Notes: generated by a model from the sequence alone, not told the origin. Positions 1 to 10,491 are shown, numbered from the stretch's first letter. The stretch: DNA of 64,000 bases from a virus (IMGVR_UViG_3300035698_025127:55933-119932), one strand, 5' to 3'. A program made the numbers and translations.

Positions 1-15
1 TAAAGGCAGACAAAC

Positions 16-246
16 ATGGGAGAAATTAAATTTAGGTTATTGACCAAAGCCGAAGCCGCTGTGTATGGCTTAAACGGTGGAAATCTTTATTTACAATGGA
101 CAAACGGTTTAGCCGATCCAGTTAACCTTATAGAAAGGGCAGAGAATTTTCTATGGGAACAGAAACACATAAGAGCAAAAGTAGACATTTTACCGATCAG
201 ACGGAACGCGGTTCTACTGAGGGCGCAGGAATTACCGATAATGTAA
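16..246 (+). CDS. hypothetical protein
   Basis: 76 aa ORF, AAAGG upstream, co-directional with the operon. Confidence 0.5.
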   Translation: MGEIKFRLLTKAEAAVYGLNGGNLYLQWTNGLADPVNLIERAENFLWEQKHIRAKVDILPIRRNAVLLRAQELPIM

Positions 247-608
247 CAAGTTTAATATCAAACGCATTATATGGTGATAAGGGCTCAAAACTAGCGCTAA
301 AAGCAGTTTTTATGGATTCGCTTTTAAAACTTCAGAAACATAAAAGTATAAATATTGTCGATTATGTTGAATTATTATTTGTATTAGTTTCATCTATCGA
401 CACATCTCGTACGTTATCTTTAGAGGAGGGCAAAGAAACTCCGCCTCAAGTACCAAAATCAGCTTTAATTATGCATAAAGGTGAGCCGTGCTTACAAGTA
501 TGGTCATTACCTGATGCTTCGGACAGTTATGTCCGTAAATTAACTGATCTTGAAAATGCAATTTTTATTAGACAACAAGGAAAAAATAATGAAGAAAGCG
601 CCGATTAA
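153..608 (+). CDS. hypothetical protein (start uncertain)
   Basis: 151 aa ORF in a packed operon. Confidence 0.55.
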   Translation: MGTETHKSKSRHFTDQTERGSTEGAGITDNVTSLISNALYGDKGSKLALKAVFMDSLLKLQKHKSINIVDYVELLFVLVSSIDTSRTLSLEEGKETPPQVPKSALIMHKGEPCLQVWSLPDASDSYVRKLTDLENAIFIRQQGKNNEESAD

Positions 609-1068
609 CGTATATAAAGAGTTATTTCCCGCAATGAAAAAGAAAATGCAGGAACATGAATTTTCTACCTCAAAATACTATATTCGTCTAGGAATTGAAG
701 ACGGGAAAAAGACTATTTATCCTATTCTAAAGGATAAAGAGAATGGTGAAGTAACTGATACTGATATCATGAATATTGACAGTGAAACAGCGGTATGCTT
801 AGTTATTGACTCTGCACAGATTAGATTATATGAAGGAACTGTCATTGGTCCGACTGACGCTTTTATGGAAATTTTTGAAAATTCACTAATTACTCGTAAA
901 AGTCGAGACAGTTTCAAAAAACAGTATGCGGAAAGTGCAAATGTGCCTATAACTACTGTTGATTTTTGTGCAGAACATAATATCGCACATCCTAAAAGTT
1001 TCGGGTGTCCTCAATGCAATGAAAATTCTCTAAAACAAGCCGAAAAGCTAAAGAATACAGTAAGTTAA
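589..1068 (+). CDS. hypothetical protein with C-terminal Zn-finger-like motif
   Basis: AAGG SD before ATG 589; CAEH...CPQC near the C-terminus. Confidence 0.6.
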   Translation: MKKAPINVYKELFPAMKKKMQEHEFSTSKYYIRLGIEDGKKTIYPILKDKENGEVTDTDIMNIDSETAVCLVIDSAQIRLYEGTVIGPTDAFMEIFENSLITRKSRDSFKKQYAESANVPITTVDFCAEHNIAHPKSFGCPQCNENSLKQAEKLKNTVS

Positions 1069-1544
1069 TGAATTTAACAGAATATATTGACAACCCGCAT
1101 AAAATATCAGAATTAAAAATACACGATCTAGTTGTTTTTAATAGTATTGATAATAGTGGCTATGAATGGGTACAAATATTTGCCACACCGTGGTATGATA
1201 TTCGTTATAATCACATAGTTATACCATTTTTGCGGAAACATATTCTGGATTATGTCTTTGTAAGTTCTAAAAATGTCAATTTACAAGAGTGTATTTCTGA
1301 TACAGATATTAGTGAAATATACAGAATTATTGGAAGTTGGCTGACAGTTGTAAAAAACGAGATCTATTTAAAGACAATATTCAACAAGTTGACGAGGACA
1401 CTTCGAGATATTAACATAAATGACGATGTTATATTAGAAATAGTTAGATTATTTGAGGCAGACCAATTTGCCAGACAAAAGCGTAAATTTGAAGAAAGGA
1501 TTCACCATGGCGCAAAAGCGAATAAAAAAAGTAGATTTCGATAG
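1068..1544 (+). CDS. hypothetical protein
   Basis: 158 aa, TAATG-coupled to the upstream gene. Confidence 0.6.
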   Translation: MNLTEYIDNPHKISELKIHDLVVFNSIDNSGYEWVQIFATPWYDIRYNHIVIPFLRKHILDYVFVSSKNVNLQECISDTDISEIYRIIGSWLTVVKNEIYLKTIFNKLTRTLRDININDDVILEIVRLFEADQFARQKRKFEERIHHGAKANKKSRFR

Positions 1545-2376
1545 AGATTATTTCAACTGGAGGGATGACAAAACAAATACTATTCGTCAGGAAGTTTATG
1601 CTAATAACTTGTATGAAATATCAGAACAAGTATTAATAGACATGCGCATATGGGATTTTAAAAAGGCAAAATTTTTACCTGAGCTTGTCTGCAAGGCAGT
1701 TTATGCCGGGGATAAATGTAGGCCTGAAGCTAATAATTCAAGTCCTTTTAGCTATATATATGCTGCACTATTTAAAACAGTTTTGTCACTAAATAAGGTG
1801 CATATCGAAGAATTAAAGCATAGTTCTATTACAAGTGTAGACGACGAATTGGAGCGATATTTAGAATCGAAAGCCAATAATGGCATTGATTTGTCAGAAT
1901 ATATTGAGGCAACTAAACTTAATTGCGCGATAGATTCTTATATTGCATTAAAAGAAAACTATCGTACTGACATGTTTGATAGTACGTTTATACAGTGTTG
2001 CAAAAATATGGCGGCTTGCGGTCTATCGCGCGAGGAAAGCGATTTAATTGTTAGCAATTTTAATGTATCTGATAGCCCGCTTTTTGAAAAAATGCCACAT
2101 TTAAGTAGCAATTTTATGTATAAGTTAGAAGTCTTGTCGGATTTAATAAATAAGTTAGAGGCAACTAATTTTACAACAATGACAACTACTGCCAATGTTT
2201 TAGCACGATATAATTCTCTTATACGTAAAGGATATATAAAAATTCGGAAAATTGAAACATTGCACAGAAACCTTTCCAAGTATGCCGAAAGTAGGGGATT
2301 TACACTTATACAGCGTAAATACAATGATAGTTATTTGTTATATTTAGAATTTAATATGGAGAATTTAAATGTTTAG
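1507..2376 (+). CDS. hypothetical protein
   Basis: AAAGGA SD before ATG 1507; ~290 aa. Confidence 0.65.
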   Translation: MAQKRIKKVDFDRDYFNWRDDKTNTIRQEVYANNLYEISEQVLIDMRIWDFKKAKFLPELVCKAVYAGDKCRPEANNSSPFSYIYAALFKTVLSLNKVHIEELKHSSITSVDDELERYLESKANNGIDLSEYIEATKLNCAIDSYIALKENYRTDMFDSTFIQCCKNMAACGLSREESDLIVSNFNVSDSPLFEKMPHLSSNFMYKLEVLSDLINKLEATNFTTMTTTANVLARYNSLIRKGYIKIRKIETLHRNLSKYAESRGFTLIQRKYNDSYLLYLEFNMENLNV

Positions 2377-2800
2377 TATATTAATTTCGTGGTCAATATT
2401 GGCTGCTGTAGTGTTTATTGTTTTGTCAGTTTATTTTGTAAAAGAAGTCAGGGCAAAATCTGTTATTAAAGTTCAATATGATCAAATTGTATTGAAAAAC
2501 ATGCTTAGTTATTTGACACAAGTAGCTTTGTTAAGCCAAACGAGAATACAAAATATCGTCATGGAATCAGAAAATGCACTTAAAGTATTTCTTGCAAATA
2601 ACTTAAATGCTGGATATCAAGCATTAACTGATGGTACCGGATTTGAAACTCACGAACCAACATTGTCAAATGAAGAAATAGTTACAACTCTGGAAAAAAT
2701 TCGGGAACATAGCGTACGTATAGCTTATACAAGACTCGGATTTGGACTGTGGTTTGTCCAGTTTGCCATTTTGCTAACTTTATTTGTAATAGGAACATAA
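2369..2800 (+). CDS. membrane protein (N- and C-terminal TM helices)
   Basis: hydrophobic stretches at both ends. Confidence 0.6.
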   Translation: MFSILISWSILAAVVFIVLSVYFVKEVRAKSVIKVQYDQIVLKNMLSYLTQVALLSQTRIQNIVMESENALKVFLANNLNAGYQALTDGTGFETHEPTLSNEEIVTTLEKIREHSVRIAYTRLGFGLWFVQFAILLTLFVIGT

Positions 2801-4174
2801 ATGTCACAAGAAGCTGCTCTACAACAGGCAATTAGTAATGCACCCAAGACAGTAGGATTAGGAAAACAACTAGAAAAACAAATTATTAGCAATTCACTTG
2901 AAAATAGAGAATTCTTTTTATATGCTTATGAACTTATTGAACCTTCACATTTTGACGATCAAAAAAATAGTGTCATATGGAGTTTCTTAAAGAAATATTA
3001 TTCTACATATAAGATAGTGCCTTCCAGGCTTGTTTTGGAAAATGCATTATCAAAGAAAAATATTGATTTTGAAATACCAGATGTTGATTATAGTTCTATT
3101 GATTATGTCAAAGAAGAGGTCTTTAGAATCATAAAATTGCAGAAGTACGAACGTTTTTTGTTAAGTGCTATTTTACAGGCAAGCGAAACAAACCCGGAAT
3201 ATGACAAGTTATTTGAAGAATTCAAAAAAGTAATTCACATTCAAAATGAAATGTCTGCCGGTATTCAGTATTTTGATGTAAGAACTCGAATGGAGCGTGC
3301 TTCTCAAATGTGGAATGATAGAATTTCTTCAGGATTTCCATCGCTTGATATGCATTTGCCGGGTGGTGGATTCGGCAGAAAAGAAGCTGCTGCAGTCATG
3401 GCCCCGCCGGGTGTTGGAAAATCGTTATGGCTAGTAAATTTCGGCGCGAAGTTTGTTCAACGTGGCATGAAAGTCTTACATTTTACACGAGAAGTTTCTG
3501 AAGAAATTCTAAGTTTGCGATATGACAGTTGTTATCTTGGTAAAAATTCTGATGATGTACTAAGCAATATTGATTTATCTGTTCAACAGATTGAAGGGTT
3601 GCACAGTATTATTTCAAAAGAAAAAGATAAAAATCTGTTATGGGTAAAAGAATTCCCAACTGGTGCATCATCTATTAATGAAGCACAGGCTTATTTGCAA
3701 ATGCTTAAAGATAGGTACAATTTTAAGCCTGATGTAATTATTGATGATTATTTAGACCTTGCGCGCTCTTCAACTTCTTACAAGTCTTCTTATGAAGAAC
3801 AGGCAAGTGTTTTCAAAGAGTTTCGAGGGTGGATGGTAAAAGAGAGTATGTGTGGTTTAACCGCACTACAAACAACGCGAGAAGCGGAAGGGCTAGTGGA
3901 GCCCATTAAAATGAAACATACGTCTGATAGCTATCAAAAACCACGTTTACTTGATTTACTTATGACAATAAACGAGTCTCCTAATGACAAAATAAATAGC
4001 AAACAGCGTCTGTATTTAGCCAAAAACAGAAATAAGGCTGCTGATACCTCCATTATTTTTGGAGTAAATAAACCCAAAATGAGGGTTTTAGATCAAGGCG
4101 AAACATATGCCAACAGTCGCGCGGATGCGCCTAGAAGCATTTCGGAAAGGATACATGATGACACTCCATTCTAA
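2801..4174 (+). CDS. replicative DNA helicase, DnaB/T4 gp41-like (SF4)
   Basis: Walker A APPGVGKS, IIDDYLDL Walker B, ALQTTR, AKNR arginine finger. Confidence 0.9.
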   Translation: MSQEAALQQAISNAPKTVGLGKQLEKQIISNSLENREFFLYAYELIEPSHFDDQKNSVIWSFLKKYYSTYKIVPSRLVLENALSKKNIDFEIPDVDYSSIDYVKEEVFRIIKLQKYERFLLSAILQASETNPEYDKLFEEFKKVIHIQNEMSAGIQYFDVRTRMERASQMWNDRISSGFPSLDMHLPGGGFGRKEAAAVMAPPGVGKSLWLVNFGAKFVQRGMKVLHFTREVSEEILSLRYDSCYLGKNSDDVLSNIDLSVQQIEGLHSIISKEKDKNLLWVKEFPTGASSINEAQAYLQMLKDRYNFKPDVIIDDYLDLARSSTSYKSSYEEQASVFKEFRGWMVKESMCGLTALQTTREAEGLVEPIKMKHTSDSYQKPRLLDLLMTINESPNDKINSKQRLYLAKNRNKAADTSIIFGVNKPKMRVLDQGETYANSRADAPRSISERIHDDTPF

Positions 4175-4784
4175 TATCGAAGAAGTTATTATTAATGTGC
4201 AAGTAGGTACTGACAGATTAAACCGTTCCTTGACAGACGATTTAAAGATTGACGAGGACCGTATTAATCGCTGGTTAATTGAAATTCCGTCAAAAACCGC
4301 TTATTGGGGTGCATGGTCAAAACGTGCAAAAATGGAACGACTAAGAGCGGAATACAATAAAGAATCTGCTCTTATTCAATCAAAAGCAATGGCTCGAAGT
4401 GCATTAAATGCTTCCAAAAGAGAAGACTTATTAGCATATGCCAGGGCTAATACGGAAGAAAAGAAAGCTCTTTTGAAACCAAAGGATGTTACTGAAACCG
4501 AAGTGACAGACTTGGCAAAGAATATGCCTGCTTATGTCGATTCTATAGCATTATATTTGAAAACTCGTGAAGCCGATGAGATGTTAGATGCAGCCATGGA
4601 AGCTTTTAAAATTTGTCATGGCGCTTTAATGACATTGGCAGCTAATATGCGTACCGAATACAAAACATATGGAAACCATATTAAGCGTGAAGATTCAGAT
4701 TTTTCTGGTAAAAATACTTTAGCGAAAGCATCTAAAAATGCCGTAGAATATGCTACAAAAACTATAAAGGGAATACATGAATAA
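4155..4784 (+). CDS. UvsY-like recombination mediator (putative)
   Basis: DLKIDE...P...AYWG start, helical/coiled-coil, context near UvsX/UvsW. Confidence 0.5.
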   Translation: MMTLHSNIEEVIINVQVGTDRLNRSLTDDLKIDEDRINRWLIEIPSKTAYWGAWSKRAKMERLRAEYNKESALIQSKAMARSALNASKREDLLAYARANTEEKKALLKPKDVTETEVTDLAKNMPAYVDSIALYLKTREADEMLDAAMEAFKICHGALMTLAANMRTEYKTYGNHIKREDSDFSGKNTLAKASKNAVEYATKTIKGIHE

Positions 4785-5004
4785 GTACACAAAGGAAGAG
4801 TTAGAGGTCATTAAAATGTGGGAATTTTTTCTTAATGACACTAGTGTTCCAGAAAAGTTATTGTATGAAAAGGCGATGGAATTGGAAAATATAATGAATG
4901 AAATGAGAAAAAATCCATGGTCGCTTTCTATTGAGCCTTTAAATGAAGTTTTTCATAAAATGCAATGTGATTTTCCAAAACAAAAAGAGGTAAATAATGA
5001 ATAA
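4777..5004 (+). CDS. hypothetical protein, paralogue of 4997..5398
   Basis: MNKYT start and shared W..L...E..LE pattern. Confidence 0.55.
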   Translation: MNKYTKEELEVIKMWEFFLNDTSVPEKLLYEKAMELENIMNEMRKNPWSLSIEPLNEVFHKMQCDFPKQKEVNNE

Positions 5005-5398
5005 GTACACGCACGAACAATTGATTAATTTTGTGACAAGGTGGTCTGAAATTCTTTCAAAGTTTGACATTTCGGAAGAGCAAATAACCGAGTATGCTGT
5101 TAGATTAGAAGAAGCCGATAAACTTCCACTTAATCCTCTTGGTGAAAGTGTTAATACAATTATGAAAAAAATGTACAAAGAGCTTCCACTTCGTAGTGAT
5201 AAAAAAGTTCAAGAAATTGAGACTTCAGAAACTGAAAACTATGATTCTTTAAAACTGTTATTTGATGAGTTAGAGCAAAAACTAGAAAGCGCATTAAATA
5301 GAATTGTAAAATTAGAAACAAATTCTAATAGGTACGTTCACCCGCAAATGCGTAGGGACGGATATTGTGATGGGTTGAGGCGTAGAGGTGGGGGGTAG
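4997..5398 (+). CDS. hypothetical protein
   Basis: GAGG SD; 133 aa. Confidence 0.6.
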   Translation: MNKYTHEQLINFVTRWSEILSKFDISEEQITEYAVRLEEADKLPLNPLGESVNTIMKKMYKELPLRSDKKVQEIETSETENYDSLKLLFDELEQKLESALNRIVKLETNSNRYVHPQMRRDGYCDGLRRRGGG

Positions 5399-5401
5399 AT
5401 A

Positions 5402-5623
5402 ATGTCAAAGAAAATTATTACAAGAAGTATTGTATTTGTTGGCAATCGCGGTATCCCCGAAGAACTTGAAAATAAAACTGATATTAAGTTATTTGAATAT
5501 TTGACTGACCATTGTGAAGGCACAATTGTTATGTTTGATAATATGAACCGATCTTGGCGTTGGGGCTGTAAAAAGCGGGAACGCATGAAAAAGTTACCAC
5601 ATGCAGTTACGCTAATAATTTAG
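5402..5623 (+). CDS. hypothetical protein
   Basis: 73 aa, packed in the operon. Confidence 0.5.
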   Translation: MSKKIITRSIVFVGNRGIPEELENKTDIKLFEYLTDHCEGTIVMFDNMNRSWRWGCKKRERMKKLPHAVTLII

Positions 5624-5632
5624 GAGAACATT

Positions 5633-5989
5633 ATGGGATTTTTAACAGGCTGGAATTTTGCAGCATTATTGATTACTGGCTCATTTATTTTTGGCATTAT
5701 GGCCAAGCTAAAAATGGTCTTTCCGGCCTTTTTTAAGAGACCTCTTGTAAATAGGTTCAAACCTACGTACGCTATTATAGCGGGAGTAGTTATTTGTCTA
5801 TTACCCGGAATATTGGAAGGCGAACTTCCGATACCGTTAAAAATATTCTTAGGTGCGAATGCCGGTTTATATTCGCACTTCTTTAACTCTGTTCTCAGAA
5901 AATTCATTCGTAATCAGGTCGCAACCAATTATATTAAGGCCAATGATTACAATGAAAATGAAGAAGATTTTATTTCTTCGCGAGAATAG
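5633..5989 (+). CDS. small membrane protein, possible holin
   Basis: AGGAG SD, ~3 TM segments, charged C-terminal tail. Confidence 0.45.
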   Translation: MGFLTGWNFAALLITGSFIFGIMAKLKMVFPAFFKRPLVNRFKPTYAIIAGVVICLLPGILEGELPIPLKIFLGANAGLYSHFFNSVLRKFIRNQVATNYIKANDYNENEEDFISSRE

Positions 5990-6122
5990 TACGTTAAGAT
6001 ATAGAAATCCACTGTATGGATGATACTTGGGAACCAAAAACTGTTTGCCGAATGGCTTAACTTGTAACAATGTCTTGATACTTTTCATCCGGGTATCATG
6101 TAAAGAAAGAAAGAGAAACGAA

Positions 6123-7190
6123 ATGACTCATGGCGTAGATATCAAAAAATTACTTGCAAACGCGGAAAACATGAAAAATGGCGGCGGGTTTAATAGTAAT
6201 TTTTGGAGCCCTAAAGAGGCCAAAACAACTATTAGAATTATCCCGCCTAATCCTGAAATTCAAGGTATGCTCCCGGGCGTGTTCTTTGTAAAACACAATG
6301 AACATAATATCAATGGCCAACGTATTGGTTGTGCTGCCGAAATTCTTCAGGAAGATTGTCCTATTTGCACGAAACGAATCGAAATTTACCGCGAACGTAA
6401 AGGCAATCCTGCAAGCTGTACCCCCGAGAGAGAGCAGTTTCTCGCTGCAACTCACAGTTCAAGACGTTTTCTTGCCTTAGTTATTGTTAAAGGCGAAGAA
6501 GACAAGGGTGTACAAATTTGGAGTTTCGGCAAGAAAATGTTAGACAAGTTGCTTTCATTTTATGTTGATTTCTGTGCTGATGGCGATGATGAATTGTCAG
6601 ACATGGACAATGGTCGTGATATTATTATCAACAAGACGATTATTCATACTGAAAACGGAAATTTCCCCAACTATGATAATTCCATTCCGTCTCCGAAATT
6701 AACGGCAGCCGGCACCCCCGAAATGATTGCAAAATGGTGGACAGAACAACCTAAATTGTTAGAAATTGCTTCTGCAAACATTAAGTCCTATTCTGAAGTT
6801 GCGCAGATTGCAGAACAACTCATGGAATCATTTGAGAGAAAGGCCCCACAAGCTCCACAAACGCCTCAGGCGTTACAGAGCTATGCTGCCCCTACCGCTA
6901 GTACTCCTGGCACCCCGCAATCAACTGTGGGCGGCCCCCCGGAACTTAGTATTGCTGGTGTACTGGGTGAGATTGATCTATCTAGCCCCGAAGCACTCAT
7001 TGCTTTTCAGGGATGGCAAAAAAATGGCAATAACGATTTACAGTTATTGTTAGAAGTTGCCAATTCTTATCCTAAACCTGGTACAACAGCCGCAGCAGCG
7101 CCTCAAAAGCCAGCGGAAAAAGTACAGACAGAAATTTATGATGATCCCGAAGCATTGTTAGCTAAAATTCAAAACGAATTAGATGAATAA
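6123..7190 (+). CDS. single-stranded DNA-binding protein, T4 gp32-like
   Basis: FW.PK...IRIIP, H...C...CPIC Zn site, QIWSFGK, GRDIII, acidic C-terminal tail. Confidence 0.85.
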   Translation: MTHGVDIKKLLANAENMKNGGGFNSNFWSPKEAKTTIRIIPPNPEIQGMLPGVFFVKHNEHNINGQRIGCAAEILQEDCPICTKRIEIYRERKGNPASCTPEREQFLAATHSSRRFLALVIVKGEEDKGVQIWSFGKKMLDKLLSFYVDFCADGDDELSDMDNGRDIIINKTIIHTENGNFPNYDNSIPSPKLTAAGTPEMIAKWWTEQPKLLEIASANIKSYSEVAQIAEQLMESFERKAPQAPQTPQALQSYAAPTASTPGTPQSTVGGPPELSIAGVLGEIDLSSPEALIAFQGWQKNGNNDLQLLLEVANSYPKPGTTAAAAPQKPAEKVQTEIYDDPEALLAKIQNELDE

Positions 7191-7203
7191 TAAGTAAGGG
7201 AGA

Positions 7204-7235
7204 AAAGGGAGGGGTAATTCCCTCCCTTTGTTTCT
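7204..7235 (+). terminator. intrinsic terminator
   Basis: AAAGGGAGGG-gtaatt-CCCTCCCTTT stem followed by T-rich tail. Confidence 0.75.
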
Positions 7236-7238
7236 ATT

Positions 7239-7631
7239 ATGCCAAAAAGATATTTTCAAAAATTTGCAAAGTATTATGGTAGTTTTAGAGGCGCTTACAA
7301 TATAAGAAGGTCAATTACAGCTGACTTTGCCAGTGCATTCAATTTAACGCACGGCAAAGCACAGGAAATGGTTGACTTTTTTGTTGATAAGTTGTTATCT
7401 AATCTCTATAATGGCGTTAGAATCAGGTTTGATGATGTTTTTGTTATTTATCTGGAACCATATCATAGTTATATACACAAATTCTATAATTTTCAGATCA
7501 AACAAAATGACGAGGCACATAAACCATCGCACTGGGGACTAAAGATTCACTTATCGAAACCCGGGTTCAAAAAAATTAACGATTCTATGGGCATACCAGA
7601 TGAACGTGATTTTAGAAGTCCGAACGAATAG
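7239..7631 (+). CDS. divergent HU/IHF-like DNA-binding protein
   Basis: two helices (..LTHGKAQEMVDFFVDKLLSNL), G.RIRF, beta-arm, LSK..KKIN end. Confidence 0.5.
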   Translation: MPKRYFQKFAKYYGSFRGAYNIRRSITADFASAFNLTHGKAQEMVDFFVDKLLSNLYNGVRIRFDDVFVIYLEPYHSYIHKFYNFQIKQNDEAHKPSHWGLKIHLSKPGFKKINDSMGIPDERDFRSPNE

Positions 7632-7639
7632 AGGCGCTT

Positions 7640-8920
7640 ATGGTAAAAAAAGTAACTAAAGCTGGAAAAAAAACAAAAACCCCGGTTAACAGAGTAACTG
7701 TAAATTCCAGTAATGTACTGGAAGAAGTAATGGGGCTAATAAGTAAGGACTATTCTTTTGCGTCTGTCAATGAAGAAGAAAAAACAAATTATTTGCCAAC
7801 GGGCAATTCAGCTATTGATTTTGTTTTAACAAATAAATTAACTGGCGGTGGCTGGCCTATTGGCAAGATTACTGAATTATCTGGCAATAATGCTACTGGC
7901 AAGTCTTTGCTGGGGTTATTAGCACTTATTTCTACTATGAATGGTGCTATTAAAGACGAAGACGGTAATCCGCAACCAGGCATTAGCGTTTTGATTGATA
8001 CTGAACGGGCATATAATGCAGAATTCTTTGAGTTATTAGGCGGAGACCATTCAAAATTAGTTTTGGCAACCCCCGAAACCGCTGAAGAAGTATATGATTT
8101 TGTTAAGAATTTCATTGAAATTACAAGAAAAAAAACAGATGTTCCCATTACATTTGTATTTGACTCTCTTGCTGGTACCCCAACTGCTAGCGAATTGGAA
8201 CGTGGCATATCAAGCGGTGAGCGAATGGGTATGCGTGGCATGATTCATGGCCGCGGTATTCGACTTATTAAGGATTTAATTGCAGATGAAAACATTACGT
8301 TTATTGTAATTAATCAGCTTAGAAAAACGTTTGCTATGTACGGCGATCCTGAAGATACAGTCGGCGGGGAAGCTATGAAATATCACGCTTCAATGCGATG
8401 TCGCCTGAAAAAGGGCTATAAAATTTCGACCAAGAAAGGCAAAGTTGAAGCCGGGGCAAAAGGTGTCAACCTGCGTGATATTGTTGGCATTCAGGGCAGG
8501 TTTGTAATACAAAAATCACGATTTACGCGACCATTTAGAGAAGTAACTTTTGACATTTTCTATCGTGGCGGTTTATCTCCGGTGTCAGGACTGTACGATG
8601 TACTTACAGACTTCTATAAAGATACAAACGGTACAATTGAACCATCAACTGAATGGACTGGCAATAAACCGGGACATTGGAAATATAATGTAGATGCCGA
8701 GACTGTTATACCGTTCAAAAAGAGCAATTTTGAAGCTATGCTTAGAGAAAATCTTCACCTTATTGCACCATATAACTTTGAAATTGTTGACCATGTATTA
8801 CCGATAGACGAAGTTGAAGTGGAAAACGGCATCGACGATCAAATTAAAAATGGTGATGATATTGACGATGATGATCTTGCCAATCTTATCGCACAGCCAT
8901 TAGAAGACGAAGAGGAATAA
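7640..8920 (+). CDS. recA: RecA/UvsX recombinase
   Basis: ELSGNNATGKS, LIDTE, VFDSLA, INQLR, GGEAMKYHAS, KSRF. Confidence 0.92.
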   Translation: MVKKVTKAGKKTKTPVNRVTVNSSNVLEEVMGLISKDYSFASVNEEEKTNYLPTGNSAIDFVLTNKLTGGGWPIGKITELSGNNATGKSLLGLLALISTMNGAIKDEDGNPQPGISVLIDTERAYNAEFFELLGGDHSKLVLATPETAEEVYDFVKNFIEITRKKTDVPITFVFDSLAGTPTASELERGISSGERMGMRGMIHGRGIRLIKDLIADENITFIVINQLRKTFAMYGDPEDTVGGEAMKYHASMRCRLKKGYKISTKKGKVEAGAKGVNLRDIVGIQGRFVIQKSRFTRPFREVTFDIFYRGGLSPVSGLYDVLTDFYKDTNGTIEPSTEWTGNKPGHWKYNVDAETVIPFKKSNFEAMLRENLHLIAPYNFEIVDHVLPIDEVEVENGIDDQIKNGDDIDDDDLANLIAQPLEDEEE

Positions 8921-10491
8921 TGTCAGTTTGTTATATTGTAATAACGAATGTATATAGTATGTTTGTAGGGCCGGGCTTTCGCCCGGCCCTACGCGGTCAA
9001 GACTTAGTTGTCAATGGCTATTTACCATCTAAAGTATATAGTGCATTTCGTATTAAAAATCCTAATGCAACGTTTGTAAATGCTGCCCTAGGCCACGGAA
9101 TGGGTACATATAAAGACTTTATCAGTCGGAAGACAGGAAGGTTTGGTACTGGTCTTTTTGATGACGTTTTGGCAGTTGCAACTCAGCTCGGTATTAAAGT
9201 CGAAGTCAAAGACATGCGTGATGACTTGCCAGTTGAAATGGAAATTAACGAGAATATGTTTGAAAACATAACATTGCGTGATTACCAAGTTGATGCCATT
9301 AAAAAATGCGCACAGTATCAGAACGGATTTATTCGCAAACCTACTGGTGGTGGTAAAACTGTCGATCTTGCTGCATTTGCACTAGCGTTTCAAAATAGAG
9401 TGGACGGCAAGCCTGCTAAAATACTGTATCTTATGGACCGTGTTGGTCTTGCAAGGCAGACGGTAAAACGTTTTATTGAATACGGCATTAAAAAAAGCGA
9501 TATAACACTGATTACAGGTAAGGGCAAGACAGAAAAGAATCCAAGTCCATATGAATGGAATGAGACAAGTCTTGCTAATAAGAGAATTGTAATTGCAATC
9601 TGGCAGAACCATGAGGCCTTATTGCCGCATATGTGGCAGTTTGATGCAGTCTTTGTTGACGAATCCCATCATAGTCGTGGTAAAGTTATGCAGAAAATGC
9701 TGAAAAAGGCTATTAACGCCCGCGTACGTATAGGTGTGAGCGGTACGCCATTTACTGGTGAACTTATTGACGATTTACAACGCAAGTCGATGTTTGGTTC
9801 AATTATTTACGAACTTGAAACAAAAGAACTTATTGATAGAGAATTTTTAGTAAAGCCAATTATTAGATTTTTCCAGATTGCAAGAAACGACAGATACATG
9901 AATATCGCAAATGGTTGGCCTGAAATTTATGATGCCGGTGTTATTTCGTTTGATTATAGGAATCATTTGATTGCAGAAATGGCAAAAGGTCTTGAAGGTA
10001 AGACTCTAATTTTGTTTAAGAATTATGACCACGGCAATTTAATCATGGATAAACTTGGCATTAAAGATTTAGAAATTAACAATAAGTTTAATTTATATAA
10101 GACATTTCATAAGTCAAGAAATGGTAAAACCCTCGTAAAAGACTTATTTTATGTTGATGGTAGGTTTGACCCATCAGTAAGAGAAAAGGCCTTGGACGCA
10201 TTTAGAAAAACTGATAATGCGATTATTGTTGCATCCGGAATTTTTGACGAAGGAATTGATTTTCCCGGAATTAACAGCTTAGTTATTGCAAGTGGAGGAA
10301 AGTCATTTGTTAAGACGATTCAAAAACTGGGTAGGGCATTGCGTCCTAATAATAGCGGTCTTGTGCATGTTTTTGATTTCATGGACATGTCGCATCGTAT
10401 TCTCCGTAAACATTCGGATTCTCGCCTTGGAATATGGCAAAAAGAAGGACATAAAATCGAAATTGTAAAAATTACAAATAAAGATGATTAA
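8920..10491 (+). CDS. uvsW: SF2 DNA helicase, UvsW-like
   Basis: LRDYQ, PTGGGKT, DESH, SGT, EGID, QKLGRALR. Confidence 0.85.
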   Translation: MSVCYIVITNVYSMFVGPGFRPALRGQDLVVNGYLPSKVYSAFRIKNPNATFVNAALGHGMGTYKDFISRKTGRFGTGLFDDVLAVATQLGIKVEVKDMRDDLPVEMEINENMFENITLRDYQVDAIKKCAQYQNGFIRKPTGGGKTVDLAAFALAFQNRVDGKPAKILYLMDRVGLARQTVKRFIEYGIKKSDITLITGKGKTEKNPSPYEWNETSLANKRIVIAIWQNHEALLPHMWQFDAVFVDESHHSRGKVMQKMLKKAINARVRIGVSGTPFTGELIDDLQRKSMFGSIIYELETKELIDREFLVKPIIRFFQIARNDRYMNIANGWPEIYDAGVISFDYRNHLIAEMAKGLEGKTLILFKNYDHGNLIMDKLGIKDLEINNKFNLYKTFHKSRNGKTLVKDLFYVDGRFDPSVREKALDAFRKTDNAIIVASGIFDEGIDFPGINSLVIASGGKSFVKTIQKLGRALRPNNSGLVHVFDFMDMSHRILRKHSDSRLGIWQKEGHKIEIVKITNKDD

